Part shown: piece after piece, positions 1 to 18,443 of the stretch
Position numbering within the stretch: position 1 is the stretch's first letter
Layout of the letters: each line of letters opens with the position of its first letter
NCBI RefSeq assembly: GCF_009914755.1
Contig: NC_060930.1
Source of the DNA: the human T2T-CHM13v2.0 reference genome, Homo sapiens
Length of the DNA: 64,000 nucleotides
Reading direction: 5' to 3' (one strand)
Notes under the pieces: model-generated
What the model was told of the DNA's origin: nothing
Databases searched by the model: none
What the model saw: only the letters and a program-made list of their open reading frames with translations
Program-made: the position numbers and the translations under genes

Positions 1-867
1 CAAAACCACAAGCAATGGTTTCTTTTTCCAAACATGTTTTAGAAGTACAGTATTAAGCCAAGCTCTTCTAAGGATTATGCAGGGAGTTTTATCAGCCTTT
101 TTGAGAATCAGGCCTCAGGTACTAATAAATGAGGCTGGGAATTAAAGGGGAGAATGTGGTGGGATGGTTTAATGAAAAGCTCTGGTTAAAATGGTTAAAA
201 AAGAACCCAAAAAACAAAACTCTAATGATTTTAGTAAAAGCATTTAAAAATAATTACACACACTTGTATGCACATTTAGAAATCATGTTTCAGAAGAAAA
301 TGATTAAATGACCCATATCAAATATAATCAACCTGGGAGAAGCTAAAGCGAACTACATTTTTACTTTCAAATGCTCCTTTTAACGCATGAATGCAACCGC
401 AAGGTACCTTAGTATTTGGAAAACAACCACCAAGAGAAGAAGCAAGAAATTTCAAAGTTTAAGTTCTTGGCTCACGTGAATTGGCACTGTAAATGTGACA
501 AAGTTATCTATATTCATTGGAAATCTCTTTATGTGGAAAAACTATGTAATGACACATTACACAGGGAACTAGAAACACAAATGATTAATGAAATAAATGC
601 TGACAAAAATATAAATCTAAAATTAAAGGCTTTTTATTAAAATTATTTTCAAAGCTACATAAAGCAACTGATTTAAAAGTGAAAAATATATTATCCAATT
701 GATGTCATGATATAATTATTTGCTATTTACTTCCATTCAATTAACTAAATTTAAGTGTTTTAGCAGATAACTTATGGATTTAATAGGAAAAATAGTTTAC
801 CTCAAATAAGATAATTTATAATAGAGTGATATTTAAAACATTTAAAAGCATAAAGAGGGTCCATTAG

Positions 868-1396
<529 letters not shown>

Positions 1397-2167
1397 CTGA
1401 AAATATTCCTATAGTAGAAAAATTGGAAATTCAAGATAAAGATAAATGTGTGGTCTATACAGAATTTTTCTAAATAATTGGCTAACATTTTCAAACAACT
1501 TGTGTTAATTGTTCAGCTTTCCTATATATATAAATTTGACTTTGTGAATTTTAAACTTACTTAAGAAAATAAAAATTGTTTTCATAATGTGTCTTTTACT
1601 GCAATTTCTATAAAAATGTGCAATTTTTTAAAAATATAAAAGACTCCTTAGTGAGCATAAATAATTTTATTTGGAACATATTTTCAGAGCTTCACATGCA
1701 ATAAAATATGTTTATTAGGTCTAAATGCCTTCTTTTCTTCCATATTTTTCACTAAATTCTTTGTCATCTGAACAAACTTTCGCTCTTTCATTTGATTATC
1801 ACAACTCACATTTTCCAAGCAGAGGTGAGGTCACAGGTATGAAAACACTTCACGCTGATTTTTTAAAATTTGTTATTGTGAGAAAGTATATATAACATAA
1901 AATTTCCCATTTTAACCATTTCAAGTGTATAATTCAGTGTCATTAATTATACATTGTTGTGCAATCATCACCATTATCCATTTCCAGAACTTTTTCATTA
2001 AAACTCTCTACTTATTAGACAATAATAACTTGCCTTTATTTTTTTCCTCCTAGCCCCTGGGAACCTCAAATCTATTTTCAGTCTCTATGAATTTGCTTAT
2101 TCCAGATATTTTACTTAAATGGAATCATACACTATTTGTTCTTTTGTGTCTGATTTATTTCACCTAG

Positions 2168-2692
<525 letters not shown>

Positions 2693-3724
2693 CAGAATTT
2701 CATTCCTTTTTAAGGCTGAATTATATCCCATTGTACGTATATACCACATTTTGTTTAACCATTCACCTGTTGATGGACAGTTGAGTTGTTTCTACATTTT
2801 GGCTATTGTGAATAATGCTGCAGCACACATGGAGTACAAGTATCTGTTTGATCTTTGCTTTTAATGATTTTGAGTATATTACAAATTTCCATGTAATACT
2901 TGTAAGTTTAGCATTTGAAGGAACTGTCAAACTGTTTTCCACAGTGGCTGGACCATTTTGCATTCCTAAGAGCAATGTAGGAGGGTTCTAACTTCCCTAC
3001 ATTCTCCCTAACACTTGCTATTTTCTTATTTTGGTTTTGTTTTTTATTTTAACTATCCTAGTCTGTGAAATGGTATCACATGGTGGTTTTGACATGCATT
3101 TTTCTAATAACGAATGAAGTTGAACATCTTTGCATGTGCTCACTGCTTATTTGTATGTCTTCCTTGAAGAAATGTCTATTCAAGTTATTTGCTCATATTT
3201 TAACCAGGTACTTTGTTGAGGAATTGTTGGAGTCCTTTATAGATTCTGCATATTAAACTCTTAGATATAGATTTGAATATCCATGCGGATATAGATTCGC
3301 AAATATTTTCTACCATTCTGTAGGTTGTCTTTTCACTTTCTTGATAATGTCCTCTGATAACAAAATAACTTATCAATTCAAGTTATTTATTTAATACTCT
3401 CATTTTACAGATTAATGTCTAATATAACTACCTTCTTAAGGAATTCTTCATTTCAGTTCAATTGAACAGGTTGTTATAAAATATGTTTGTACCAGGAGGT
3501 AAGAATACAAATATTTTTAAAAAGGACATAGTCCCTGCCTCAAGGAATCTTAGCATGTTGTAGACTCATAAACAGATAATTTGTTTGACATAAGCAATAA
3601 TAAGTAAAGCGGTTTCTGTAGGGCAGCTGATGTTTGCAGAAAGTAATCTAAATCCATAATTATCATATATAGGCACCAATTTCACCAAAAAAAAAATGTG
3701 TGGGAAGTGTAAATAATTAAATAC

Positions 3725-3910
3725 CATCTCTGCCATGTAATAGCTCTTTAAACTTTGTCAAGTTCACCAACTCTTGAGGTACTCTAATTTCCTCACCTGT
3801 AAAATTGGGGTATTGATTCTCATTCTTAACTTCTGTGATTGTCGCGAAAGATCAAATGAAATAACAGATGGGAAAACATTTTGGGATTTAAAGCTACTAT
3901 GCAAATGTAA
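3725..3910 (+). mobile_element. MIR fragment
   Basis: MIR core-like 'tttcctcacctgtaaaattgggg'. Similar degenerate MIRs near 4800-4960, 5980-6190, 19270-19430, 28320-28490 and 29230-29410. Confidence 0.6.
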
Positions 3911-5260
3911 AGCCTATTATTATTATGTATTCTTGTGCACCAATTACTTGGCATCATAATAGTTGGTAATAATCATTAAGGGTTATCATTAGAAATATAG
4001 ACCTGTCTGCAAGCTTACATGCCATCTTTGTGTTTGTGTACATAGTGCACCTCTACAGTTGGGAACATTAGTATGTGCGTTTGTTTTATTTTCCAAACTA
4101 TGCAATTCTTTTCTGGTAAATGCTATTAAACTGCTGGCTTTCATCCTCCACAGCCTTTTTCACCAGTGCTGTATTCAGGCATTTCCACTGCAGCTGGTGT
4201 AAAAGATGCAGGCTGGAATTGTTCTGGTCGAGTCTGAGTGGTCCTCTTTTAGAAACTGGGCCCTCGGGCCTCAGCAGCCTTTAATCAGCTGTAACTGGAG
4301 TGAAGCTGTCAGCTCCTGCTTGTTTCCTGTCAGCTTTAGTACCATTTAGAGCATCCCTGATAAATGTACAGTACAAATTTAACAGTCGACCTGTGAAAAA
4401 GAAAAACCAAACATCTCTAACACACTGGAAGAAACTTTCTTTAGCCATATCACAAAAAAATCCGTGGGCTAGAAGCTCCAGTGTTGACAAAATAGAAACT
4501 GGTGACATGTAAATGGATGCATTGAAGAATATGGTCATCTTGAAATATCTAAGGTCTTTAGAAAATGTCTAAATAAATAGGGAAAAGGAAAGAGAAGAAA
4601 AGAAAAAGGCTTGGTTGGGATGGGCAAAGGTGCTGAAAAGATGAAATACCAAGGGAAGGTTCTTCTTTTGATTTTTTTCCTTGAGTTAGAAGAAGAAGAA
4701 AATCCCTGTGCATGTTCTCCAGCTACTCCAAAAGGTGGAAAGTGTGTGGTTTAAGTACAGGCAATCATGATGATAATTTGCTAGTACCGAATTGCACTTG
4801 AGTTACCACTTCATCACTCACTGCCAATGTGAAACCAAGAGACATCGAGTATGCAAAATGGTGACGTTAAATTTCATCTTACTCATTTATAAAATGAAGA
4901 TGAGAATAAGTCTGACCTCACAGAGTTCTTGTAAAGATGAAGTAAAGTGATACTTGGACTTCATAAATGGTATAACATTCTACAAAATTCAGCTAAGTTA
5001 ATGTTATACCAAACAATTTGCCAGTGTCCTGAAGGGCTAACAACAAATCTACTAAAAAGAAAGAATTCATTTTTCTAAGTATACTAATACTAAACATGGG
5101 CTTACATTGAGTTGTTTATATAGAATGCTCCATTCACACTTATAATTCTCTTTCAGAAAGCATAGTCAAATTCAATGAGACATGTTTCTGCTAACACAGT
5201 TACACTCAGTCTATAATCTATGACCAGTTGATTGCTTCTTCAAATGAAAAGAGGAGACAT

Positions 5261-5702
5261 TGTTCAACTCCCACTTTTGCGTGAGAACATGCCATGTTTG
5301 GTTTTCTGTTGCTGTGTTAGTTTGCTGAGGATGAAGGCTTCCAGCTTCATTCACGTCCCTGCAAAAAATCATGATCTCATTCCTTTTTATGGATGAGTGG
5401 TGTTCCGTGTTGTATATGTACCACATTTTCTTTATCCAGTCTATCATTGATGGGCATTTGGGTTGGTTCCACATCTTTGCTACACACTGGGGCCAGGGGC
5501 ATTGGGGCAAGGGGAGGGAGAGCATTAGGACAAATAGCTAATGCATGCCAGGCTTAAAACCTAGATGTCTGGTTGATAAGTGCAGCAAACTACCATGGCA
5601 CACATATACATATGTAACAAACCTACATGTTCTTCACTTGTATCCCAGAACTTAAAGTAAAAAATAAATAAGGAAATAAATAAATAACAACAACAACAGC
5701 AA
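5261..5702 (+). mobile_element. 5'-truncated, 5'-inverted L1PA (L1PA7/8-like) 3' end
   Basis: 5261-5482 is antisense and 5483-5702 is sense with an A-rich tail. TSD AAAAGAG(G/T)AGACAT at 5247-5260 and 5703-5716. Confidence 0.9.
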
Positions 5703-5734
5703 AAAAGAGTAGACATATTTAAATCTTTAAAGCA

Positions 5735-5930
5735 ACCTTTCACAAAGTATATTCCATGGAATACCATTGGGTGAAATAAAAGTTTTCATGGTCAAATATA
5801 CCAATTTAATAAATGCAACACATTCTCTCCCTAATGAAAATTTACAACACATTTTAGCATGTCAAAGGCCCCAATAATTCCAGCAGTAAAAAACCAGTTT
5901 AACATGTTGGAGTTATTCCCAGTTTGATTT
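5735..5930. mobile_element. Degenerate hAT-Charlie DNA transposon relic (MER112-like)
   Basis: Resembles recalled consensus segments (ttcacaaagtatattccatggaatacc; catggtcaaata; gcagtaaaaaaccagtttaac). Confidence 0.45.
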
Positions 5931-6959
5931 TTGTATTTTAAAATCCCTGGTAACTGGTCCAGAACTTGCAGTGTGTAGAGTAGAAGTGGTTGAGTCAAAT
6001 AGGTCTCCATTATAATTCTGGCTTGTTCACTTATTAGTTCTGTGACTTTAGTGAGTTGCTAAATTGTTCTGTTTCTACTTCCTCATATTTAAATATAGAT
6101 AATAGCTGTTTCAATGGCCATCTCGTAATAAGCTAGTACATGTAATACAATTAGCACAAGTGCTTAATATGTGTCAAATATCACTATTATTGTTGTTATT
6201 CTGTATTTTATTCACCAAACAATTTGAGTTGTAGGCTGCTGACTCACTTCTTTTTTTAATAGGATATATATTTTTTAGGGGGAAGGGGCATGACACACCC
6301 TCTTCCTTACTTTATATACTAAAAAAAGGAAAATCTGGGTCCATAATAATATGTCTAATGATAATAATGAGAAGATGGCAATGAAAGTGGCTGGTCAAAT
6401 ATTCAACCTTAAACTTCATGAATAGACTTATCAGTTATAAAGAGAATATATCAATATATCTCTCTACTCATTCATATTAATTTCCTTATTGATTTATTCA
6501 AAATATGTATTTAAAACTTATGTGCTAGACTCTGTACAACACAGTTGATGCCTAGCAGTCAAAAGGAAAAGAAAAAAGACAAATAGGTACCTACCCTCAT
6601 ATGTTCAATAGTCTATTAAATAGCCTATTAAGTACAAATACGATCCTTCTTGAAATGCTGTACATGCATTTCAGGTCCTTAGAAAATCCAACTTTTAAAT
6701 ATTGAATGTAAAGGAAATACTGGAAATGAATAGAAAGATCATAAAGAAGAAACAAAATATAATGAGAAAATAATTCAACCCGCACATGAGTCTGATGATC
6801 TGGGCATGAATCATCATTTCCATTTGCAAGCTAAGTGATTGAAACTAGAGACTTAAATATTTGAAGAATCCATTTCTTCAAATGTAATCTTATAGAAATT
6901 AAATTATCAAAACATTCATTTAACATGTAACATATCTTGACTATTTAACAGACTTTGAA

Positions 6960-7310
6960 GATTTCCATTGTGTCAGGCACTGTGCAAGGCACTGACGATA
7001 GAGAAATGAAGAGAGCAAATGCAGGTTTAAATGCAGATAATTCCGTACTTCCTTGTCTATCACCTCTACTTTTCTGTGAGGTCTTTAAACCTCTAATCAT
7101 ATTAATGCATATAACACATGGAGGTTGATACAAATTACAGGTGTTATGCTGAAGAGGATATAATCAAATCTCATGGTAGAATCAAGAAAGATTTCACAGA
7201 CATGGTGCCATTTAACCTTAATATTTGGGGATGAATATAAATTCTCAAAATATACAAGACAGTGGGAAGAGTGTTCAAAAAGGCAAGTTCTGGGATGTTG
7301 CAGGAAAAGA
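6960..7310. mobile_element. L2 fragments
   Basis: L2-like text 'tgtgtcaggcactgtgcaaggcactg'. Similar L2 relics near 3480-3600, 6470-6620, 33790-33960, 38730-39900, 53360-53700 and 63200-63620. Confidence 0.5.
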
Positions 7311-7684
7311 CACTTAAGCCAAAGAAAAACTCCAAGTAACTGTGTATTAATCTCGAGACCAGCAGTGGCAGATAAGTTTCATTTTGAGAGTCAGTTTGTA
7401 TTGATTTCAAGGGAAATATTTTTATGTATATTAACTTAACGGTATTCTGCTCCCTACTTACTTGAGGTCAACCTTTTCTTTATTCTGTTAGAGAACTGAG
7501 CATGCTTGTATGAAAACTAACATTTTATAGTGCAATTTTTTTAAAGAAGTATCAATGTTCAGCTTTTTTTTCACTTCCAAAATAAAACTTGAGAATAAAA
7601 AAGGAGTTTTGGCCATCATAGTCGAAAGAGGAATTAAGGAGATTATTACCTTTTACTCCTTGCACCAGCTACTAGAGAAAAGTA

Positions 7685-8116
7685 TATTTGATCCTTAAAC
7701 AATGTGAGGATTAGGGGCACTGACCCACGTGCAGTCAAACATTTAATATAACTTTTGACTCCCTAAAACTTTGACCACTGATAGCTTACTGTTGACTGGA
7801 AGCATTTCCGATAACATGAAGTCTATTAACACATATTTTGTATGTTATTTATATATGTATATTATATGCTCTATTCTTACAATAAAGAAAGCTAGAGAAA
7901 AGATGTTACAAAGAAAATCATAAAGAAAAGAGAATATATTTACTATTCATTAAGTTGAAATGGATCATCATATTGGTATTCATCCTCATTATCTTCCTAT
8001 TGAGTAGGCTGAGAAGGATGAGGAGGGGTTGGTCTCAGGGGTGGCAGAGTTGTAAAAAAAGTTTGTATCTAAGTGGACCCACACAGTTCAAACCTGTGTT
8101 GTTCAAGGGCCAACTT
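7685..8116. mobile_element. Tigger2a (TcMar-Tigger non-autonomous DNA transposon)
   Basis: Degenerate terminal inverted repeats tatttgatccttaaacaa / ttgttcaagggccaactt, with TA before the left end. The ~430-bp interior matches the recalled Tigger2a consensus. Confidence 0.85.
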
Positions 8117-10084
8117 GGAGGAGACTGGGATCACAGAGAAAAGAGATCTTGAGCTTGGGAGAGTATTTGGGAAGCTTTGGAGATCCAGAATATAAAGAGA
8201 GCAAGCCATCAATTCTATGGCCAACAAATAAGGAATCTTTAAGGTCACCCTTCACCACTTGATTATACTTCTAGGTTTAGAAACCACATCTTTACTTATA
8301 ACTATCTGTATATCTTTTGTTGATGTTCCAGCAGACATATTTTCTCATGTTACAGCACCTTCTAGGTTTCTCTAAACTTCCTATGCAAATATTGTTGGTC
8401 CAGGGCATCTCTAAGCTTCCCTACCCACTTCTTCTCTACCCACTTCCACCACCTCCTCCTCCACTCCCAAAAGAAAAAAAAAATTAAAAAGGCAGAGCTT
8501 TCATAGGGTTACATAGGGTGTGAAACAGAAAGCTCAAGCAACAAAATTTGAATAGCAGAAGAGAAGGGTGGAACCCATTAGTGTTTCAGGAATGATGAGC
8601 TGGGAATAATACAGGGACCTGCACATAAGCTTAGAGAATAAAACATCTGTGTTCATTTAGTAATGTCTGCAGTGAATTCAGGAAGAAGGGTGTTGACATA
8701 CATGTTCATGTCTGCAAATGCTGCTGTGGCTGAGAAGAGTTTCTGAAATAGCAATTTGCAGCCTTTTATACCCAGTTAGAATCTAGGGATTACATTTTGG
8801 TCATCTGTAGGACTAAACAAATGAAGACCATGAATGACAGAGCCCATTGAATGGTGTACCTTTACTTTCCGTTACAGGGCAAGTTGTCTTTGTGATGATT
8901 GCACAAGGAGGCAGGTGAGGACAGGTTCTTCCTCTTATTTTATGCCTGAGGAATTGAAGGCTGAGAATACTTCAGTGTTCCAAAACAATAGAGTCAGGAA
9001 TAGCAGAGAGAGAACTCAAACTTGCAAACTCATACCAAATTTGTTAGAACATGGGATAACATAAAATTTTTTTAAAATGTCCTTTTTATTTTGGCAGTAT
9101 TGCAATGGCTTAAGGATTCTTTTTATAGTCATTACATTAAACATTTGAATTTTGGTATTCTTTCCCACCTGTGAAAATATCCCACCATAATTTTTTTTCC
9201 CATTGAAATATCAAGCTTAGTTAAAAAAAATTAGGCTTTTGCTTTTCTGTTTTTTGCTTGTAAGAAAGATCATTTTATAAGTATTTCTATGCTTTTATAT
9301 ATTTTAAATGTCAACATTTTGAAAGAGTTTTTGCAAATTTAACTTTTAAGTTAAAATTTTAAGAGACATGGCAAGCAAGCAACATTGGTACCTTGGTGCT
9401 GAAACAAAAGAAAATTGTAATACTTTCCTAAACATGCTTAAAACTTCCTGTTTCCCATTGTGAATGGTGGGTTAGAGCTTTGAAAACAAAATAAGACATT
9501 GCTTTATTCAAAGGGAGTTGCTTGTACATAATAAATTTGTGAGAATTTAGAAGAATGTAACTTTGAATGACAATCCACCAATAACACAGTGATATATTAG
9601 ACATATAAAGATAAGTGTGGGGCACAACATTTATTTGGGAGATAAGAAAAATACCCTGGGTAGTCCTCTCTATATTATCTTGTTATTTTGAAATTAAAAT
9701 ATATCTGTTTAAGTGAGACAATCCCTGATGATTCTACATAGAGAATTTTTTTTATTCTCGATGTCTCTCTGTAGGACAATGCCCAAATCGCTATTAAAGA
9801 AAAAGCCAATTGTTGTTTTTCTTTAACCGATGGATTAGTACCTGGCCAAGTGAGCATCATTGCCACAGAAATATAGATGGCATCACCACTTATAGCCACA
9901 ATAGTCACAACTATCCACCTGAGAATCTTCTTCAGGTGGAATGGGTTCTGGAGGGAGAAGGGGTACATAGGATTATCTTTTCTTTTTAAGTAATTTTTCA
10001 CTGAAATAAAACATATGTGCAGAAAAGTGTATAAATCTTAGTTGTACAGCTGAGTGAATTTGAATAAAGTGACCAAATTCACAG

Positions 10085-10390
10085 TACTGGATTACGTTGT
10101 TTTCTCTCAATTCCAAGCCCACCTCTTTCTCTGCTCTGCTTTGCGATGATGGGACAAGGACTCTGCAATCTACATTTCTTCTTTGCCAGTTGATTCTGCT
10201 AAGCCTGCAATAAGGTTCCAAAGGAACATGAGAAGGCTGGTGGGAGAATAAAGGATGTGCTTTTTTCTATTTGCTCCTGGTTCTTATTATTGTCACCTAA
10301 ACAATGGCCTCTCAGCTTGACAACAATGGTTGGTTTCCTCTCTAAGTTTTGCCGTATTACCAGAACGATGCTCCCTCAGAGATATCAAGA
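10085..10390 (+). mobile_element. ERVL LTR fragment (LTR33-like)
   Basis: ctctgctctgctttgcgatgatgggacaaggactctgcaatctacatttcttctttgccagt matches the recalled LTR33 5' region. Confidence 0.65.
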
Positions 10391-10411
10391 AATCTCTCCA
10401 CACATCCTTCA

Positions 10412-10412
<1 letters not shown>

Positions 10413-10452
<40 letters not shown>
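10413..10452 (+). repeat. Pure poly(A)40 tract
   Basis: 40 uninterrupted A's, with no Alu or young L1 body directly upstream. Confidence 0.98.
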
Positions 10453-10456
<4 letters not shown>

Positions 10457-11358
10457 TACAGGTCAATGGGAAGGACAAATAAACCCACATGCCCTCAACT
10501 TAACTAAAAGATCTAGAATATTAGATATTTCACATTACTGGCAAGTTCAAAAAGTAAATCCCAATTTTAATCAGAAGTGTGATATGAGATCCTGCTATAT
10601 CCCTGCATGGAGAGTATGGGAAGAAGGAGTGAGCAGGGACCCAGAAGTCATTACAGAAGAAACATGCTGGGGAAAAGAGCCTTAGATTGTTCAAAAGCCC
10701 GCCCTTCAAAAGAAAAGAAAAAAGAAAGTCCACTCTAAGTGTTATAGTACTGAGAAAGTATCCTACTGAAATCAGAGCCCTGATTTGCTGGCACGGTAGT
10801 TAAAAGTGCACAGAGCTTGAGGTGGTAGAACAGAAAGGCAACCCAGAAAGGCACTGGGCTCTGAAGAAAAGAGGGTAAAAAGAAATAAAGAGTAAAGAAT
10901 GAGTAGTGAAGGGGAATATAACAATAAGAAGAAATTTAGAAACTGTAAGTTATAAGAGACCCCAAAAATGATAAAAGGAAACACACCCCATCCTCCATAA
11001 CATTATTTTGAAAGACAACCATTAAAGACATTTCATTCTGCTACTCTGACAGGTGAGGATGCTCTTGAAATAGGAATTGTGAACATGCCAACCTCTGCAC
11101 TAAATGTATAGACTTAAAGCTATTTTAAGGTTATAAAACAAAGGCAGAAAACCAGGATCACATATTTTAGTGGATGAAAATTCCTGGGGGAAAATCTCTG
11201 CAAAAAATAAAAAGCAAAAACCCAATAGACATAACTGTGTTGCAGAAGAAACCATATCACAGCATTCTAAACTACATCAGATATTCTCAACAAGAATTTG
11301 GAGATATAAAAATAAAAATAAAAATTTTAATATATATATATACAAAAAGAAGAAATGA

Positions 11359-11727
<369 letters not shown>

Positions 11728-12515
11728 TTACTTAATAAATAAAACAAAAAGATAAAATTATGTCAAAAATTATACAGTTCCCAGGAGAGAATACATGAAA
11801 TAAAAATCTAATAAGAAGCACTAATCAAAGAAGAAAAATAACTGGGTCAATGTGAATGAGATAATAAAAAGTTAAAAGCCTCAAAGAAAAATTCGTTGGA
11901 CTAGAAGCCAGGCAAAGAAGATCTAAAGAAAGATAATTATCATTTCTGAAGAAAGGCAACAAAGTAAAGGGACAAAAACTAATATTTAAAATAATACATT
12001 TACAAAGTCAATGAAGGCTCTATTTTGAAAACTTTCTTGTCAAGTTTACTAGTTCAAAAGCTTCATCCAATCAACAGATGACTGGGAAAATTTTGATATA
12101 CCTACTTCTAGGAGTTTAAGCTAAATTTGACCTTCGATGATACAAAATACATATGAACAAAGCTGATTATTGCAGCATTGCTTATAAATGTAATATGCTG
12201 TAAACATATAAATTTTTATAAATTGAAGTTTGGATGAGTAAACTACAACACATGCACAAAATGGATTACTATGCTACTATGTTACCTATACTGGATTACT
12301 AGAAGAAGGAGGAGGAGGAAAGAAATTTGGTTCCCATGAATAAATAATTTCTAAAATGTATGGGAAAGTTAAAAAAGCAAAGTGTAAATGAGTATACATA
12401 GTATATTGATAGTATGTGTTTTGTGTAAGAAAGCCAGGAAAATAGACGAACCAAATTTATCTCAAGGAGCGGGTGGGAATAGGGTAAAAGTGTTGAGGAT
12501 AAGAATAGACAACTC

Positions 12516-13544
12516 GATTGGGCTGTTCCAAGATGGCCGAATAGGAACAACTCCAGTCTACAGCTCCCAGCCTGAGCAACGCAGAAGACGGGTGATTTCT
12601 GCATTTCCAACTGAGGTACCGGGTTCATCTCACTGGGGCTTGTCAGACAGTGGGTGCAGGACAGTGGGTGCAGCCCACCAAGCCTGAGCCAAAGCAGGTC
12701 AAGGCATCACCTCACCTGGGAAGTGCAAGGGGTCAGGGAATTCCCTTTCCTAGCCAAGGGAAGGGGTAACAGATGGCAAATGGAAAATCAGGTCACTCTC
12801 ACTCTAATACTGCACTTTACCAATGGTCTTAGCAAATGGCACACCAGGAGATTATATCCCGTGCCTGGCTCTGAGGGTCCCACGCCCACAGAGCCTTGCT
12901 CATTGCTAGCACAGCAGTCTGAGATTGAACTGCAAGGCAGCAGGGAGGCTGGGGGAGGGGCGCCCACCATTGCTGAGGCTTGAGTAGGTAAACAAAGCTG
13001 CTGGGAAGCTCAAACTGGGTGGAGCCCACCACAGCTCAAGAAGGCCTGCCTGCCTATGTAGACTCCACCTCTGGGGGCAGGGAATAGCCGAACAAAAGGC
13101 AGCAGAAACCTCTGCAGACTTAAATGTCCCTGTCTGACAGCTTTGAAGAGAGTACTGGTTCTCCCAGAACGGAGTTTGAGATCTGAGAACAGACAGACTA
13201 CCTCCTCAAGTGAGTCCCTGACCCCTGAGGAGCCTAACTGGGAGGCACCCCCCAGTAGGGGCAGACTGACACCTCACATGGCCGGGTACCCCTCTGAGAC
13301 AAAGCTTCCAGAGGAACGATCAGGCAGCAACATTTTCTGTTCAGCAATATTTGCTGTTCTGCAGCTCCGCAGCTGATACCCAGGCAAACAGGGTCTGGAG
13401 TGGACCTCCAGCAAACTCTAACAGACCTGCAGCTGAGGGTCCTGACTGTTAGAAGGAAAACTAACAAACAGAAAAGACATCCACATCAAAACCCCATCTG
13501 TATGTCACCATCATCAAAGACCAAACGTAGGTAAAACCACAAAG
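12516..13544 (+). promoter_or_regulatory. L1 5'UTR internal sense/antisense promoter with YY1 site (12529-12538) and the ZNF93-bound segment (~13291-13419)
   Basis: CAAGATGGCC YY1 motif is intact. The ~129-bp block between gggtacc and aacagacctgcag, which is absent from L1HS, is present. Many CpGs have decayed. Confidence 0.8.
12788..12970 (-). pseudogene. ORF0: L1 ORF0 homologue (antisense 5'UTR ORF), 60 aa, C-terminally truncated
   Basis: MVGAPPPASLLPCSSISDCCASNEQGSVGVGPSEPG closely matches primate L1 ORF0 (MAGAPPPASLPPCSLISDCCASN...). It stops after ...IRVRVT. Confidence 0.8.
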
Positions 13545-14556
13545 ATGGGGAAAAAACAGAGCAGAAATGCTGAAAATTCTAAAAATCAGAGCGCCTCGCC
13601 CCCTCCAAAGGAACGCAGCTCCTCTCCAGCAATGGAACAAAGCTGCATGGAGAATGACTTTGACGAGTTGAGAGAAGAAGGCTTCAGATGATCAAACTTC
13701 TCCGAACTAAAGGAGGAAGTTTGAACCCATCACAAAGAAGCTAAAAACCTTGAGAAAAGATTAGACGAATGGCTAACTAGAATAACCAGTGTAGAGAAGT
13801 CCTTAAAGGACCTGATGGAGATGAAAACCACAGCATGAGAACTACATTATGAATGCACAAGCTTCAGTAGCCGATTCTATCAACTGGAAGAAAGGGTGTC
13901 AGTAATTGAAGATAAAATTAATGAAATTAAGCGAGAAGAGAAGTTTAGAGAAAAAAGAGTAAAAAGAAACCAACAAAGCCTCCAAGAAATATGGGACTAT
14001 GTGAAAAGACCAAATCTACGTTGGATTGGTGTACCTGAAAGTGATGGGGAGAATGGAACCAAGTTGGAAAACACTACAGGATATTATCCAGAACTTCCCC
14101 AACCTAGCAAGGCAGGCCAACATTCAAATTCAGGAAATACACAGAATGCCACAAAGATACCCCTTGAGAAGAGCAACCCCAAGACACATAATTGTCAGAT
14201 TCACCAAAGTTGAAATGAAGGAAAAAATGTTAAGGGTAACCAGAGAGAAAGGTCGGGTTACCCACAAAGGGAAGCCCATCAGACTAACAGTGGATATCTT
14301 GGCAGAAACTCTACAAGCCAGAAGAGAGTCAGGGACAACATTCAACATTCTTAAAGAAAAGAATTTTCAACCCAGAATTTCATATCCAGCCAAACTAAGC
14401 TTCATTAGTGAAGGAGAAATAAAATCCTTTACAGACAAGCAAATGCTGAGAGATTTTGTCACCACCAGGCCTGCCCTACAACAGCTCCTGAAGGAAGCAC
14501 TAAACATGGAAAGGAACAACTGGTACCAGCCACTGCAAAAACATGCCAAATTGTAA
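13545..14556 (+). pseudogene. L1 ORF1p (RNA-binding chaperone), disrupted
   Basis: ATG at 13545 (MGKKQSR...). Premature TGA at 13689-13691 plus further stops and a frameshift. The C-terminus ...ERNNWYQPLQKHAKL is present. Confidence 0.93.
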
Positions 14557-14619
14557 AGACCATCAACTCTAGGAAGAAACTACATCAACTAATGAGCAAA
14601 ATAACCAGCTAATATCATA

Positions 14620-18443
<3,824 letters not shown>

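Noticed and set aside
10257-10685. 142-aa ORF with a poly-lysine run
   Set aside because: The poly-K comes from the A40 tract, and the rest is LTR or old LINE sequence.
12646-12673. Tandem GACAGTGGGTGCAG x2 in the L1 5'UTR
   Set aside because: As I recall, this is part of the L1PA4-era consensus rather than locus-specific.
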